A program made the translations under genes and the position numbers. Below are positions 9,263 through 20,824 of a stretch of DNA of 64,000 nucleotides, piece after piece. The DNA is from a virus. Every line of letters starts with the position of its first letter. The stretch's first letter is position 1. The stretch lies in IMG/VR virus record IMGVR_UViG_3300036851_000176, positions 64,001-128,000 of that record. One strand, given 5' to 3'. The notes under the pieces were generated by a model. It worked only from the letters and a program-made list of their open reading frames with translations. It ran no database searches and was not told the origin of the DNA.

Positions 9263-10696
9263 CTACGTGATCGTGAGGCCCTTGCGCCGGTAGACCCGCA
9301 TGCGCTCCTTCAACTGATTGTCGGAGACGCGGAAGGCGTCGAGGTAGTCGTAAACCACCGGACGCTTTTTCTCGGGGTGGTAACGAGCGATCCGACCGAT
9401 CTGCTGCTCGACCAATCCCTCCTGCCTGTTCGGAAAAGGCAGCACTAGAGTGTCAAGACGAGGAATGTCCAACGCTTCGTCCGCCACGGTCGAAAAGATG
9501 ACGATGTTCCCAGAATCGGCCAGATTCTGTGTCTCCGACCGTTCACGCGTCTCCTCTTTCCCGGACATGCGGTACACATCCTCGGGTCCGATCTCCGCGA
9601 TCACGCGGCGAGCGATGTCGTCGATCTGTTTATGACGACGAGAGATGACGAGGATCGTGCGTCCCTCTTTGTACGCAGAGACGATGTCGCGAGCGACGAT
9701 GTCGTTGCGAGCATCGTCCACGATCAACTCGTTCACGAGCGCTGAGTAGTTGTTGCGATGGATGAGACCCTTCGCCGTGCAGCCACGCTGGGCGTGCTCG
9801 CACGTCATCTCTTCCGTGTTCGGATCCTTGTATGCGCGGTGTGTTGGCAGGAAGTTGTACGTAAAGCCGGTCTCGCGGATCACCACATCTCCCTCCATCG
9901 ACTCCTCGAATTTAAAGACGGTCGGGCCGATCGCCGCTCGAACGAGAGCAGCGCGCCCTTTCTGCTTCTTGGGAGTGGCCGAGAGGCCGACGCGGTATCG
10001 AGAAGGGAAGCGCTGAATGATGTCGTAGAATGTCTCGGCGCTCGCGTGATGACACTCGTCCAGGCAAACCAGGCCCCAGGTCTCCCACCAGCCGTCGAGT
10101 GAGTCTCGCCGCGACCACAAGGTCTGCTGCATGGCGATCGTGAGATCATGCTCGACCCACTTGGCGTCTCCGACGAGACCGACCTCGCTGAGACCAAGAT
10201 GCTCACGCGCCCTTGCCCGCCACTGTTCGGCGATCGTCGTGTTGTTGACGATGATGAGTGAGCGCTGTCCGATGCGCCGGATAGCCTCCAGCATCGTGAC
10301 CGTCTTGCCGAATCCCGGCGGGGCTTGGATCACGCCCTGCGCGAAGTCTTGGATCGCCACAACCGCCGCCTCTTGTTCATCGCGCAGAATCGGGTTCTGC
10401 CACAGGGAGGTCTTGACGGGAGCCGAGGTCATCTCGTTCTCCCACTTGATCTTTGAAGCGAGCACTTCGTCGAGATCGTCTCCCACACCACGCGGGATCA
10501 GGTAGCCGATCTCGGTCTCCCGCCAGAGTTCGATCTTGTCCGGCATATCCTCTGCGCCGTAGACGTGCTCGCGCACCGCACGATCCTTGTCCGGGTTCGG
10601 GATCGTCAACGCGTCGGTGAGACGCGCGATCTGTTCTGGCCGGAGATCCTCGCCGTTCAGCTCGATGTGAGACCTCACACGAGCGCGTACACTCAT
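9263..10696 (-). CDS. SF2 (DEAH/ResIII-like) helicase
   Basis: APPGFGKT, DECHH, LSATP, LDIPRLD, QQIGRIAR. Confidence 0.92.
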   Translation of the reverse strand: MSVRARVRSHIELNGEDLRPEQIARLTDALTIPNPDKDRAVREHVYGAEDMPDKIELWRETEIGYLIPRGVGDDLDEVLASKIKWENEMTSAPVKTSLWQNPILRDEQEAAVVAIQDFAQGVIQAPPGFGKTVTMLEAIRRIGQRSLIIVNNTTIAEQWRARAREHLGLSEVGLVGDAKWVEHDLTIAMQQTLWSRRDSLDGWWETWGLVCLDECHHASAETFYDIIQRFPSRYRVGLSATPKKQKGRAALVRAAIGPTVFKFEESMEGDVVIRETGFTYNFLPTHRAYKDPNTEEMTCEHAQRGCTAKGLIHRNNYSALVNELIVDDARNDIVARDIVSAYKEGRTILVISRRHKQIDDIARRVIAEIGPEDVYRMSGKEETRERSETQNLADSGNIVIFSTVADEALDIPRLDTLVLPFPNRQEGLVEQQIGRIARYHPEKKRPVVYDYLDAFRVSDNQLKERMRVYRRKGLTIT

Positions 10697-11061
10697 CGGA
10701 TTGGTCTGCCCCTTCCCCTCGGCTCCCAGCCGCACTCCAAGATGAAGTCGTCCCACGATCCAAATGCACGGATGCACGTCAGGTACGACGGCCACTTCGT
10801 GCCGGTGACCAACTTCCAGTCCTTCGCAGTCGGGGGAGCACCATGTTGACGCTGCCAGTCGTGGGCTAGATCGATGAGTCTCTGTCGCTTTTTGTCGGCG
10901 ATCGTAGCCACCCGCTCGCCGCGCAGGGATGACAGCACATCCCTGACAAGAGGCGCCACAATGTCCTCGTGTGGCCCTCCCTTCGCCAACTTCATCGCCG
11001 CTTCGAGGCGCGCTTCCGCGTCTGCGATGCGTTCCTTGGCTGTCATCGCGGAGTGCTCCAT
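10693..11061 (-). CDS. protein with homing-endonuclease-associated repeat (DNA-binding)
   Basis: PTAKDW...PSYLTCIRAFGSWDDFILECG. Confidence 0.6.
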   Translation of the reverse strand: MEHSAMTAKERIADAEARLEAAMKLAKGGPHEDIVAPLVRDVLSSLRGERVATIADKKRQRLIDLAHDWQRQHGAPPTAKDWKLVTGTKWPSYLTCIRAFGSWDDFILECGWEPRGRGRPIR

Positions 11062-11070
11062 GCTGTTCCC

Positions 11071-11098
11071 ATCATAGGCGACAGAAAACTTCTGTAAA
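11071..11098 (-). promoter_or_regulatory. Promoter in divergent control region
   Basis: TTTACA-N16-TATGAT. A + strand TTGACA lies at ~11168. Confidence 0.55.
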
Positions 11099-11231
11099 CC
11101 CCTCTTGCGAAATTTCCCGCCTGCCTGTGTAAGTCTTTGTAAACTCTGTCAGCGGCTCGGAAATACCTTGACATCCGGGGTGCTCTCCGCTACAAACAGT
11201 CTACCCCATACATCAGATGAGGAGGCTCGCC

Positions 11232-11558
11232 ATGAGCATCTTCGCAGACATGAACGTCGTGGTCATGAACCACGCCGTGTATCAGTTTGCTCTGCGATTT
11301 CCCGAAGACAGCCCGACAACGAAGGAGGATCTGACCGACCGAGACCTCCGCTCCATCAAGACATTGATCGAGTCCGAAGTACGAGAAGCGCTTGACCACC
11401 TCAGGATTTCACCCCACAAGCCATCTTCCCTCTTCCCACCAGATGATCCAGCCTGCACATACGCATGGACACCGGCCGAGCTGCGAATCTACGCGCTTAA
11501 GCCGAACTTGGACTGGACCACGTACTACGTCCACACGGTCATGAGGGCCGAGCGATGA
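11232..11558 (+). CDS. hypothetical protein
   Basis: GAGGAGG RBS; first of a short + strand operon. Confidence 0.65.
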   Translation: MSIFADMNVVVMNHAVYQFALRFPEDSPTTKEDLTDRDLRSIKTLIESEVREALDHLRISPHKPSSLFPPDDPACTYAWTPAELRIYALKPNLDWTTYYVHTVMRAER

Positions 11559-11827
11559 GAGTCGAACTCGGGGACTACGGCACGACGATCATCTTGTCGC
11601 GGCGCAACCTGGAATCTCTGCTCGCGAAACTCGACGGCAACCCTCCCGACTCTGTTTGTGAGATCGGGGCGCCGGACATCTACGGCTCGTTCTCCGTCAA
11701 AGCAGAGGAGAATGGCCCTCACTATGCCCATGAGTCAAGAGGCGACGTGAAGGGCATCGCGGGCCAGATGCACCCGGACACCGAAGGGATCATCGGTCAC
11801 GAGGACGTGGAGGTCGAGAAGTGGTGA
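11555..11827 (+). CDS. hypothetical protein
   Basis: ATGA overlap. Confidence 0.65.
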   Translation: MRVELGDYGTTIILSRRNLESLLAKLDGNPPDSVCEIGAPDIYGSFSVKAEENGPHYAHESRGDVKGIAGQMHPDTEGIIGHEDVEVEKW

Positions 11828-12030
11828 TCGCCTACCTGAACGGGTGGCTAGAGTTTCTGATCGGCGTCCCAATCTTCCTCGGAGTCATGCTCGTCATCGG
11901 CCTTCTGATTGCCTATGCCTCCGAGAAGGAAATGGAGCGCCACGTCCGCAAGTTCAAGGAAACGCACGGTCGTGCTCCCGATCCGAACGATCCGGCCGAC
12001 TGGCCCGAACCTCCGAGCATGTGGCCGTGA
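11821..12030 (+). CDS. small membrane protein
   Basis: single TM segment. Confidence 0.6.
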   Translation: MVIAYLNGWLEFLIGVPIFLGVMLVIGLLIAYASEKEMERHVRKFKETHGRAPDPNDPADWPEPPSMWP

Positions 12031-12236
12031 CCCTTCGCGAGTACGACGTAGCTGTCCTCAATGCCCTGGTAGACCATCCAGAGTGGCGTCGGGGTCAGAC
12101 GTACTTCAACGTCCTCTACGACCTCGATCCGGATCTAGCGAACGAAGTTCGCGGTACGGAGTTCGACCCGTTCTACAACGACAGCATTTGCCCTGATTTC
12201 GCGCGCTGGCTGTACGAGAAAGTTGATCACGGATGA
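12027..12236 (+). CDS. hypothetical protein
   Basis: GTGA overlap; WRRGQTYFNVL...DPFY phage-type motif. Confidence 0.65.
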   Translation: MTLREYDVAVLNALVDHPEWRRGQTYFNVLYDLDPDLANEVRGTEFDPFYNDSICPDFARWLYEKVDHG

Positions 12237-12345
12237 AGCGTCGGATCCGCAAGACGATCTTCTTCTTCCGAGTGCGTGCTCAGCGCCGAGGATTGTTCGG
12301 CATCGCTCGCTGGCTCACCTGGCAGGAAGAGAAGTTTCTGACTAA

Positions 12346-12543
12346 GTGAGGCACTCTCAGAACATCGGCAAGCGCGAGCGACTAGAGCGCGCGGCCAAGC
12401 GGGGAGAGAAGCAGCACAACCATCGACAGAAGATCCTACAGGGTCGCCTGATGGTGGCCTGGGGCCGTACGATCGAGGAACATGGCATCACGGACTTCAA
12501 TGACTGGGTCAAAGCTGTGAATGCGGGCCGCGTCAGAGGCTGA
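12346..12543 (+). CDS. hypothetical protein
   Basis: 65 aa; converges on tail genes. Confidence 0.55.
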   Translation: MRHSQNIGKRERLERAAKRGEKQHNHRQKILQGRLMVAWGRTIEEHGITDFNDWVKAVNAGRVRG

Positions 12544-14350
12544 ACTCCTGTAGGACGAAGTGTCCGTAGTAGTACACGGTGATCGTGCGCCCAGTATTCT
12601 GCCAGATCTCCATGCGCAGTTGGTGGTTTGCGTCGAGGCTAACGAATCCAGGATAGGCTCCGCTCTGAGAGTCACAATGAAACTGAATCCCCCACGCCCC
12701 TGTTGGAACTAGTGTCCCGTCTGGATTTACGTCTTTCTCGTCCTCGCTCCCGACCACAGTTGCGCCAGCAGTGAGATCTCTAATTCGTCCCTTCCACTGA
12801 CTGTTCGGATACAGGCGAAAATCGACTCCTCCGTTGAAGTTGTTTTGGCTGATCCAGCGAGCATCGGGAAGGAAAAGATAGCCTGTGCAGAGATACTCCT
12901 GGCTCATTGTTGTCCAGAAAGTCTTCCCACCATCTCTGGAGGCGGGGGTGGTGTTGGCGACCCAATAGTCAGGATCGATGTACCCGCTATCCCACTTCGG
13001 AGCAGCAGGACCGATCAGCCGCTCTTGCAGTCCAGTCGGAGCGAACCAATGCTGGAAGCGGGGAATTCCCCCTTGGCCTCCTTCATACTCTGACGCAGGA
13101 ACAAAAGAATCGTAGCGATGAGTTCGATCAGGTCCAAGAAACTCAGGAGGCTCTCTCAGGATGGTTTCTTTATGGCCGTGGTTGAACCCTTCGAAGAAAT
13201 AGTCAACTCCTCGAATGTTGGAGTAAATCTGTTGCAATTCCGGAAACTCCACGGCGGTCCATGTCCCGCTTGGAACAGAGACACTCCGCAATTGGCTGTA
13301 TTTAGGAGCAGCGAACATAGACGCTCCGTGTGCGTCCCGATATGGCCAGGATTTAATGAACTCTCCCTCCGGAAAGTCTTTTGGCAACCGAGAGTCGCTA
13401 GGATCGGCCAAGTAAAATGGAGCGGGGCTGAAGTCACTACCTGCGTCTCGAATTTGCTGGGGAAGAGTTTTGAACGTCCCGGTCGAATCGATCGACTTCG
13501 GTTGAAAGAAGAGAGGGTTGAAGTAAGCGACGCACGGACCTTTGAGGAACACGTTGTTCGAGGCATCCGTGTATGGCTTGAGTTCATTCAGACCAGGAAC
13601 GTCATGCCAAACCTCCCACTGGACCAAATCTCCGGCACTTAGTTGCCCGTAGATTAGCCCCAGTCCAACTCCGCTCGCTTTCTGCCAAGTAACGTAGTCG
13701 GGACCTCCAATTCCCTCGTGCGAATTAGCCAACTGAAAGACCGTTCGAGTTTCTTCAATCTGTGGGACTCCGTTAACAGTCACTCTGGCTTTGAAAACGC
13801 TTGTTTTCGCGATGTCGTACACGAGACGACTGTTCTCATAGTGAGCCAACCTCAATCGAAAATGAAGTTCAGCCACGTATTGCCAGAAATTGTTCTTGGA
13901 CGCGCCCGAACTGACCGTTGCAGTGAAAACGTGATGGTCTGAATCAGGTAGAGTCGTCCACGATCCGGCTGGCCCTGGGACGCGTTCATTGTATCCAAGC
14001 AAAACGTACGTCCCAAAGACGTTCTGAATTCTGATCTCTTCCCTGAAGTCTGTGATACTACCGATCCGAGGAAATGGAACAGCCGTCCAGGTTTCAGGAG
14101 GACAGGAAAACGCAGCCGTGCTATATCCGACAAAACCCCTACCGGGCTGATAGAAATTCTCGGTGTCCGGACTGCTCGGATTGAAGGGATTACTGGTCGG
14201 AACCTTCTGCTTGCGGCCGATGCTGGGCACGAAAATCTCGTCCGAAGGAACAGGTCCTTCTCGGATTCCCGTGAAAATCTCCGCGATAACTGAACTCCCT
14301 CCGTAGGCTCGATCAAGAATCGCGTTTCTTGAATCTAGAGTTCCGCTCAA
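12533..14350 (-). CDS. putative minor tail / receptor-binding protein
   Basis: Last gene of tail block, beta-rich, internal WTAVxFP repeat. Confidence 0.55.
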   Translation of the reverse strand: MSGTLDSRNAILDRAYGGSSVIAEIFTGIREGPVPSDEIFVPSIGRKQKVPTSNPFNPSSPDTENFYQPGRGFVGYSTAAFSCPPETWTAVPFPRIGSITDFREEIRIQNVFGTYVLLGYNERVPGPAGSWTTLPDSDHHVFTATVSSGASKNNFWQYVAELHFRLRLAHYENSRLVYDIAKTSVFKARVTVNGVPQIEETRTVFQLANSHEGIGGPDYVTWQKASGVGLGLIYGQLSAGDLVQWEVWHDVPGLNELKPYTDASNNVFLKGPCVAYFNPLFFQPKSIDSTGTFKTLPQQIRDAGSDFSPAPFYLADPSDSRLPKDFPEGEFIKSWPYRDAHGASMFAAPKYSQLRSVSVPSGTWTAVEFPELQQIYSNIRGVDYFFEGFNHGHKETILREPPEFLGPDRTHRYDSFVPASEYEGGQGGIPRFQHWFAPTGLQERLIGPAAPKWDSGYIDPDYWVANTTPASRDGGKTFWTTMSQEYLCTGYLFLPDARWISQNNFNGGVDFRLYPNSQWKGRIRDLTAGATVVGSEDEKDVNPDGTLVPTGAWGIQFHCDSQSGAYPGFVSLDANHQLRMEIWQNTGRTITVYYYGHFVLQEFSL

Positions 14351-15597
14351 AATCCTACCGACCCTCCAATCGATCTCGGACCATCCATCACATCGTTGTA
14401 GATGAACAACTCGTCGAGCAAGCCTCGGAAGTAGCAGACAGTTCCGGAGAGATTGAGATTGAAGTCTCCCGCACCGACATGGAACTTAGCATCAGAGTGG
14501 TACTCCTCCAAATATGACGATCCGAAAAATCCTCCCACTCCCGTGTCGTAAACCCGACCGACCTCTCCCCCGTCCAGGTACATGCGATGATAGAAGCCAT
14601 CGTAAGTCGCAACTACATGATGCCATCCGCTGCCGAGCATCGTTGGCCCATAAATTGTTGATCCGTGCTGAGGAGCGGCCTGGGGACACATGCGCTGACT
14701 GACCACTTGGTACGACCCGTTTGGTCCTAGTCCATATCCACCCAGGGGCTTGATCCACAGACGATATCCATTTCCGTTCTGAAGTCCCGTATCGAATCCG
14801 CCAGCGCAGACCAAAGGTCTCGCGCTAACCGTGTTGTGCTGGAAAAAATCTCGTTCGTCCGGGGATCCCTCCGGAGGCTGCGTGATCGAGTTAGTGTCGA
14901 TGAGGAACCAGATTCCGACAGTGAATTTGCCCAGGTCCTTTGGATCAATCGGATGAAGTACCGATGATCGGTCTCCCATTCGAGACCCATCCAGGAACTG
15001 CTCCCCCGTCATGAAGAATCTTCTTGTGAAATGGCCTCTTCCGAATTGTCCAATTGATCGGTCAGTTACTCCAGGCAGTTTTGTACTACCCGGTTCTAGC
15101 GGAACCCAAGTTCCTCTCCACCCGTTGGTACCTCCCGCCGTTCCGGGAGCATTGATCGGGCTTGAAACGTGACTTCGAATGCAGTACCAGTAATTCGAGT
15201 ATCTGCCATCTCCTCCGAAACTCAGCCCCCCTCCGCCAGGATCGGTTGGGACCAATTTGTGATGCACAATGTCGCGCACATCATGATGGTTTCCTCGATA
15301 GACCTTGCCCTCTTCCCACTCCCCTCGATCGTTCTTGTCCTGTCCGTAGAGAGTTTCCGCCCACGACGTATTCGAAAATCCGCGCCTCGCCCCCGAGTAA
15401 TAGGTCTCCCCGCTACCGTCGTATCGCCAATCCATGTCGTAGTTATTGCCGGAGATGTCGTAAGCGATTCCGGACGCGTCCGGGTCCTTCAGCGTTTCGC
15501 CCAGGGGCCACCATCCCCACAGATCCGGGATGTTGATTCCCTCCCCCTCGGTCGCGGGATTGCGGAACGAGATTCCCCTGAAGTCGCCATCAGGCAT
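14347..15597 (-). CDS. LamG/concanavalin-like tail protein
   Basis: WWPLGE, WHHVVATYDG..MYLDG, YFRGLLDELFIYN. Confidence 0.8.
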   Translation of the reverse strand: MPDGDFRGISFRNPATEGEGINIPDLWGWWPLGETLKDPDASGIAYDISGNNYDMDWRYDGSGETYYSGARRGFSNTSWAETLYGQDKNDRGEWEEGKVYRGNHHDVRDIVHHKLVPTDPGGGGLSFGGDGRYSNYWYCIRSHVSSPINAPGTAGGTNGWRGTWVPLEPGSTKLPGVTDRSIGQFGRGHFTRRFFMTGEQFLDGSRMGDRSSVLHPIDPKDLGKFTVGIWFLIDTNSITQPPEGSPDERDFFQHNTVSARPLVCAGGFDTGLQNGNGYRLWIKPLGGYGLGPNGSYQVVSQRMCPQAAPQHGSTIYGPTMLGSGWHHVVATYDGFYHRMYLDGGEVGRVYDTGVGGFFGSSYLEEYHSDAKFHVGAGDFNLNLSGTVCYFRGLLDELFIYNDVMDGPRSIGGSVGF

Positions 15598-15785
15598 TAA
15601 GACTCCGTTGGTCTAGCTGAACGAAATCGGATATCTACGAACTGACGAGGAATGCTCGCCCAGATATCTTCGTCGGTGTGAGGAGCGGGAGGGTTGTTGT
15701 CGTTGACGTTCTCCACCTCACGCGATCGATGATGGTGGTAGAAAGCGTTAACGTGTCCGGGCGGTCCAGTCTCTCCTGTCGGCAT
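15597..15785 (-). CDS. hypothetical protein
   Basis: coupled small ORF in tail block. Confidence 0.5.
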   Translation of the reverse strand: MPTGETGPPGHVNAFYHHHRSREVENVNDNNPPAPHTDEDIWASIPRQFVDIRFRSARPTES

Positions 15786-15925
15786 AAATCACCTCGTAAA
15801 GACCGAGACGGCTGCCGAAACGCGAGCAGGAAGATATCGCCAAATGGCGGATGCGGTGATGGTGATCTGGAGGAAGACAGAGTTTTTCGCCTTGAAACTC
15901 GTTCCGATGGCTCCCAGATCAGCCA

Positions 15926-16897
15926 TCAGTTCGTCTCCAGAGTGTTACTCGTTTCGACTGCGCAAGCCCAGTTGATTGGTGTTGATCCTGTCTTCAGGTT
16001 GTTGACGATCATGAAGGTCTTCCCGGCCAAGTCTCCGGTGCCCGAAAATGTATCTCCGTCCGAAAAGGATGTTGGCAAATGCGCCATCGTCCACAGGCCG
16101 CGCAAGCGTCCTCGAATCACACGCGCAGTCGCTCCTTCGTGAACCCAAATGGGTGACATGTAAAGACCGCCATCTGCTCCGTTTGGGTAAGTCAAGTCCG
16201 ATCCAGCTGAGGCAAGCCCCAGTTCATCCGTACCACCCGGAATGATCGGAAGAGTATGCCGCTTACCGGCTCTCAAAATTGTTGTTGCTCCGTTGTGATT
16301 GCGCGCCATCGTATTGTTGTTTCCCGCTGCTGTGCCGAGATTGGAAGCGCGTCCGATTCCTTCCGACATACCAGCGACCAAAGCCGAGTTGCTTGTCTCC
16401 TTTGCCATCAGGATCGTGTTGTAAGAATCCGCGCTCGACTTAATCGAGTAAATCTCTCCGAAGCCATACCCGATTCGGAATGAACCGGAGTCGCCAGTAG
16501 TGATGAAGAGATAGAAGGTGCGTGCGTCTGCAAACATGACCCATTCTCGTGCAGTTGTGTCCGCCGAAAATGACTTGCGGATGGTGAGCGCGGACCCTGT
16601 TGCTGGAAACTGATTTGTTCCCGTGTCCCATGCCGTCATCGCCTCGAATCCCCAAACGCTTGCCTCTTTCACGGTCACGGGCTGATTGTCATTCACCTGG
16701 AGATAATGGCGAAGGCCGCTGGGCGCGCGGTAATCCGCTGCGTTCGTGGATGAGTATTCCTTCGTCCACCCGGCTGCCGCTTTCGATCCATAGCCGTTGA
16801 CCAAGACGGCATCGAGCAGTGCGACGAGTTTCCCCACCTCACCCGTCAGAACGGGAGCGCTGGTATCCGAGCTTCTGTATACGGTGAACTGAGCCAT
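15926..16897 (-). CDS. virion structural / tail fibre-associated protein
   Basis: YRSSDTSAPVLTG..LDAVLVNGYGSKAAAGWTK N-terminus and RGRLRGL C-terminus, typical of phage tail proteins. Confidence 0.7.
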   Translation of the reverse strand: MAQFTVYRSSDTSAPVLTGEVGKLVALLDAVLVNGYGSKAAAGWTKEYSSTNAADYRAPSGLRHYLQVNDNQPVTVKEASVWGFEAMTAWDTGTNQFPATGSALTIRKSFSADTTAREWVMFADARTFYLFITTGDSGSFRIGYGFGEIYSIKSSADSYNTILMAKETSNSALVAGMSEGIGRASNLGTAAGNNNTMARNHNGATTILRAGKRHTLPIIPGGTDELGLASAGSDLTYPNGADGGLYMSPIWVHEGATARVIRGRLRGLWTMAHLPTSFSDGDTFSGTGDLAGKTFMIVNNLKTGSTPINWACAVETSNTLETN

Positions 16898-19557
16898 TAC
16901 GACATTGTACCTTCCAATTGGACGCTCCAGGTATCTCCGCCAACACCCATCGCCGAAACACGAATCCGGATCAAGTTTCCAGTTGTCACTGAACCGAGGC
17001 TGGTTGAGACGGCTACCTCGTTCTGTCCGGTCGTCAGCGAGAGAGTCGTGACTGTTGTGGCCGAAAATTCTCCCCCTCCCGCTGATTTCTCGATCACGAA
17101 ACTGTACGTTCCGGAGTCTGGCGAGTCCTCAAGACGCAGGATCGCCTTGTCGAGATTGAATGTCTTGGACACTCCTGCCACTTCTGGGACGCGTAGGATC
17201 GCCGGAACGACCTGCGGGTATCCGACCATGCCGCCCTGCCAATCGAACGAGATTGCGGTAGCTCCTGCCGCCCCGGTGGCTCCGGTGGCTCCGACGCTTC
17301 CCACTCCTCCCGCCCCAGTGGCTCCAGCGGGTCCAGTGGCTCCTGTCGCGCCACCTGCTCCTGTTGAGCCTGTGGCTCCTCCTGCTCCGGTTGCTCCGGT
17401 GGCGCCGTTCGCTCCGGCTGCTCCGGAAGGCCCGGTCGGACCCGTAGATCCAGAATCTCCGGGAAGTCCATCCAGTCCAGGCAGACCCATCTCGGCCATC
17501 AGGTCCCAGTACGTCTCCCAATCCACCCCGACTCCAGGCTCACTCGCGGCCGATGCTGTATGAGCCAGGATGCAAATGTAACTGGATCCTCTATTGAACA
17601 CGGCATCATTGACCGCATATACTGTTCCGGTTGCGCCCTTGATTCCGACGATCGCCGTTGCAGATGATTCTCCGGAGGCCGTAGAGCCAGTCGTCGCGGT
17701 CGGCGTTTCGGAGATCGATCCTGCGGTTGTCTGGACTTTGTCAGATGCCTCAAACGCTGTAGCGAACTGCGCACTGTTCTGGTCGAAACGCTCTGTGTAT
17801 CCAGAAGGCGGCGTGACTGCCGATCCGGATCCTCGGAACGCACAGAAGACGACGATCATCTCGCCGTCTTCGGTTGTCACAATCGAGTTTGTGGGGAAAC
17901 TGGATGTTGCTCCATTGTGCTTCTTGCCAGCGTCGTAGACATCGACATCGCTGGCGTCCTGATATGCAAGGATGTGAATGTTCCACGAGGTTGCCTGCGT
18001 GTTATCTGACCACGTATAGTCACCGGATTCTCCGGAGGCGACCTTCTTCCAGATCTGCTGTCTAGAATCTCCGCTCGCCGTCGCCCGGAAACGCACGTCG
18101 GAGAGTTTCGTCCAGCCAGTCGGTCCGGTAATGTCGTCAGTTCCGTTGGCATCGTAAACGACGACATCGGCGAGCATCACATCGCCATTTGAAAGCCCCG
18201 CTGGCGGCGATACTGCTTGTGTTGTGCTAGACGCGCTTGCGGCAGACGACACGTTTCGAAATGTCGGACTCGTTTCTGATCCGCCAACTGCTGTCCAGCC
18301 ATCTCTCCATACGATTCCACTTCCGGCTGCGCCGGATGCTCCGGTTGCGCCAGGAGGTCCGGTCACTCCAATCGAACCGGTTGCTCCCGTAGCCCCGGTT
18401 GCTCCCGTTACTCCAAGCCCCGTGGCTCCCGTGTTTCCGCGAGGTCCAGTGGCTCCAGTGGCTCCAGTGGCTCCACTCGCGCCGGTGGCTGGAACGATTC
18501 CGGTCCCGTTCTGATATGTCGCTAGAAGAACATCACCCGATTGCGGCTTTTCGCTCGCAATGAAAACGATCGTATCTCCGGTTAGGTTGTACTCGTTTCC
18601 GTCTTCGAGCAGAAGTCCATTCAGGTACAACTCCAAGGAATTCGTTGGATCGGGAGACATGTCGAGCACGAATGTGTCGTTGACTCCATCGATTGTCCCA
18701 GCAGGCGTCTCGTTCCAAATGATGTCTGACCGTGACAACGGACCAGTTGCGCCAGTGGCTCCTCCCGGTGATCCGGTAGCTCCAGCAGGGCCAGTTGATC
18801 CTGTTGCCCCAGAACCGCCAACCGCTCCTGTCGCCCCATCTTCGCCTTGCGCTCCGGCTGGCCCTGATGGCCCCATGAGTCCATCGAGACCAATGTCTCC
18901 CGGAGGTCCTGCCGGTCCTGTCGGTCCCGTGGCTCCTGTTGCGCCGCCAGGGCTTCCTGGGTCACCTTGAGGTCCGGTGGCTCCTGTGGCTCCTCCGGGG
19001 CTACCAGAGGCTCCTGCGGGGCCTGTGGCCCCTGTGGCGCCCGATCCTGTTGCTCCCGTTGCTCCCGTTGCTCCGGCAGACCCCGTGGCGCCAGTCGATC
19101 CCTTGGCACCAGGAGTTCCGGCCGATCCTGTCGCTCCCACGTTCGAAGTCGAGAGATACCACACCGAACCATCCGGATCGATCTGGACGTGTGCCACGAA
19201 TCCATCGACGGCAGGGATGACGAACTGTTCGCTCTTCTCTGGTCGGAACCCAACTGGAAGGACGAACACGACCGTATTCGGATCTCCATTCTGGAAGGCT
19301 CCTCGAATTCGAATCTCGCCATCGGCAGATCGATAGAACGACACTGCCACGTAATCTCCGCCAACATTTCCCCACCCGTTCTTGAAAACGGCGGTAAATC
19401 CCCCATTTTCTGATCCAGGATCTCCATCAGGCAAATCTGCCGTGCTGTCAACAACAGGGATCCAGCCCGTGTCCGGGAGTTTGCGAGGTCGGCGAAGTTC
19501 CTTGATCGTGTCCGTCAGGTCACGATTGAAGTGCCGAAGATCGGGACTCTTGCTCAT
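16897..19557 (-). CDS. collagen-like tail fibre protein
   Basis: Three Gly-X-Y (GATGAT) tracts separating globular domains. Confidence 0.85.
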   Translation of the reverse strand: MSKSPDLRHFNRDLTDTIKELRRPRKLPDTGWIPVVDSTADLPDGDPGSENGGFTAVFKNGWGNVGGDYVAVSFYRSADGEIRIRGAFQNGDPNTVVFVLPVGFRPEKSEQFVIPAVDGFVAHVQIDPDGSVWYLSTSNVGATGSAGTPGAKGSTGATGSAGATGATGATGSGATGATGPAGASGSPGGATGATGPQGDPGSPGGATGATGPTGPAGPPGDIGLDGLMGPSGPAGAQGEDGATGAVGGSGATGSTGPAGATGSPGGATGATGPLSRSDIIWNETPAGTIDGVNDTFVLDMSPDPTNSLELYLNGLLLEDGNEYNLTGDTIVFIASEKPQSGDVLLATYQNGTGIVPATGASGATGATGATGPRGNTGATGLGVTGATGATGATGSIGVTGPPGATGASGAAGSGIVWRDGWTAVGGSETSPTFRNVSSAASASSTTQAVSPPAGLSNGDVMLADVVVYDANGTDDITGPTGWTKLSDVRFRATASGDSRQQIWKKVASGESGDYTWSDNTQATSWNIHILAYQDASDVDVYDAGKKHNGATSSFPTNSIVTTEDGEMIVVFCAFRGSGSAVTPPSGYTERFDQNSAQFATAFEASDKVQTTAGSISETPTATTGSTASGESSATAIVGIKGATGTVYAVNDAVFNRGSSYICILAHTASAASEPGVGVDWETYWDLMAEMGLPGLDGLPGDSGSTGPTGPSGAAGANGATGATGAGGATGSTGAGGATGATGPAGATGAGGVGSVGATGATGAAGATAISFDWQGGMVGYPQVVPAILRVPEVAGVSKTFNLDKAILRLEDSPDSGTYSFVIEKSAGGGEFSATTVTTLSLTTGQNEVAVSTSLGSVTTGNLIRIRVSAMGVGGDTWSVQLEGTMS

Positions 19558-20819
19558 GACTCTGGAACCTTACTGTGGAAGTCACTGGCGATTCGGAGAG
19601 ATGCCGTCTCAACACAGTTGTCAGAGAGCGACAAGATGACCTCGTAAATGCGCTGCTTCACATTCGAGACCGAGAGCGCGCCCTTGCTGGCGTTAAGCAT
19701 GACAAGATCACCGAGTCCGTAGTGATACCCGTAATAGGGAGGCTTCAGCGCCGCCTGCTCAATTGCGTACACGACTGGTTTGTCTCCGAGGCGCTGCAAT
19801 GCTTCCTTGGCCTGCTTGTCGAGGATTCCAGTCTCGTCCACCATGTCCTCTGAATCCGAGTCCACGATGAACATGTAGTTACCGACAGAGTTGACTGAGT
19901 AGTCGCCAGTGTCCTGGTTGAATCGAACCTTGCGATGCGTTTCGGGGTCGTTGTTTCCGACCGCCCAGACGAAGTTCGAGAAGTTACCGTCCTTTCCGAC
20001 AACGACCTCTTCCGTTTCTACGAAATCGTCCAGGTTCGACGCACCTGTGCAGAAATCGAAACTGACGCTACTGCTCACATCACTGCCCCTCTGTGGCGAA
20101 GTCTTGAAGTACATAAGCGCGTAGTCTCCGCGATTGATGTACTCAGGAATCAAATCAGGAGCCGGGTTGCCGTCCTCGTAGGTGAATATCATCTCCTGAA
20201 TCTCGTCCCAAACCCAATTTCCTCGACGCACGTTTCTGCCATTAGCGATCTGGATCGTTTTCTCCCAATAGGGAGGCCCAGTCGTTGGCTTGATGATGCC
20301 GGTTAGGGCTACATCTGTCTCTGATCCCAACTGATGATTTACGAGATCGATCAGGCGCCAGCAGAGAGCGGACACATCCCACTTCAGTCCGTCCATGTTT
20401 CCGCCGTCCCAGCCGTGACTGAGGTTCTGTCCCGCGTAGTCGATGACCAGTTTCCAGTTGTTGCGGTGGAATCGTCCCTGAAGACGCCAGAACGGTGACT
20501 GAGCAAGCACGGACAGAGTGTTGGCCTGTCCAGCCTTCTCGCATCTGGTGATGATCCCCGCAAAGCACGGAGTTCCTGGCGGGTCGGTATAGAAAACCGA
20601 GTTGATTGGATCGTTGATCGTGCGCCACACCTTCACAGTGCGTCGAAGCGCCTTCAACTCGTTCGCGTTCTCGTTGTCCAACCATACCGTGAACGAGCAC
20701 GAGTCGATTCCGTTGAGAGGAAGCGAGAGCGTCTGGTCTGTCGCGCCCTCGATCGTGCAGACCTCCGTTCCGTCCAGTTCGAAGATCTTGATGAGCCAGG
20801 TGAGGGTGATCTGCGCCAC
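19554..20819 (-). CDS. minor tail (baseplate hub/Tal-like) protein
   Basis: Position after Dit; YGLGDLV C-terminal motif. Confidence 0.7.
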   Translation of the reverse strand: MAQITLTWLIKIFELDGTEVCTIEGATDQTLSLPLNGIDSCSFTVWLDNENANELKALRRTVKVWRTINDPINSVFYTDPPGTPCFAGIITRCEKAGQANTLSVLAQSPFWRLQGRFHRNNWKLVIDYAGQNLSHGWDGGNMDGLKWDVSALCWRLIDLVNHQLGSETDVALTGIIKPTTGPPYWEKTIQIANGRNVRRGNWVWDEIQEMIFTYEDGNPAPDLIPEYINRGDYALMYFKTSPQRGSDVSSSVSFDFCTGASNLDDFVETEEVVVGKDGNFSNFVWAVGNNDPETHRKVRFNQDTGDYSVNSVGNYMFIVDSDSEDMVDETGILDKQAKEALQRLGDKPVVYAIEQAALKPPYYGYHYGLGDLVMLNASKGALSVSNVKQRIYEVILSLSDNCVETASLRIASDFHSKVPES

Positions 20820-20824
20820 TCAGA

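Noticed and set aside
16897-19557. CRISPR array or DNA tandem repeat
   Set aside because: The repeats are Gly-X-Y collagen codons inside a CDS.
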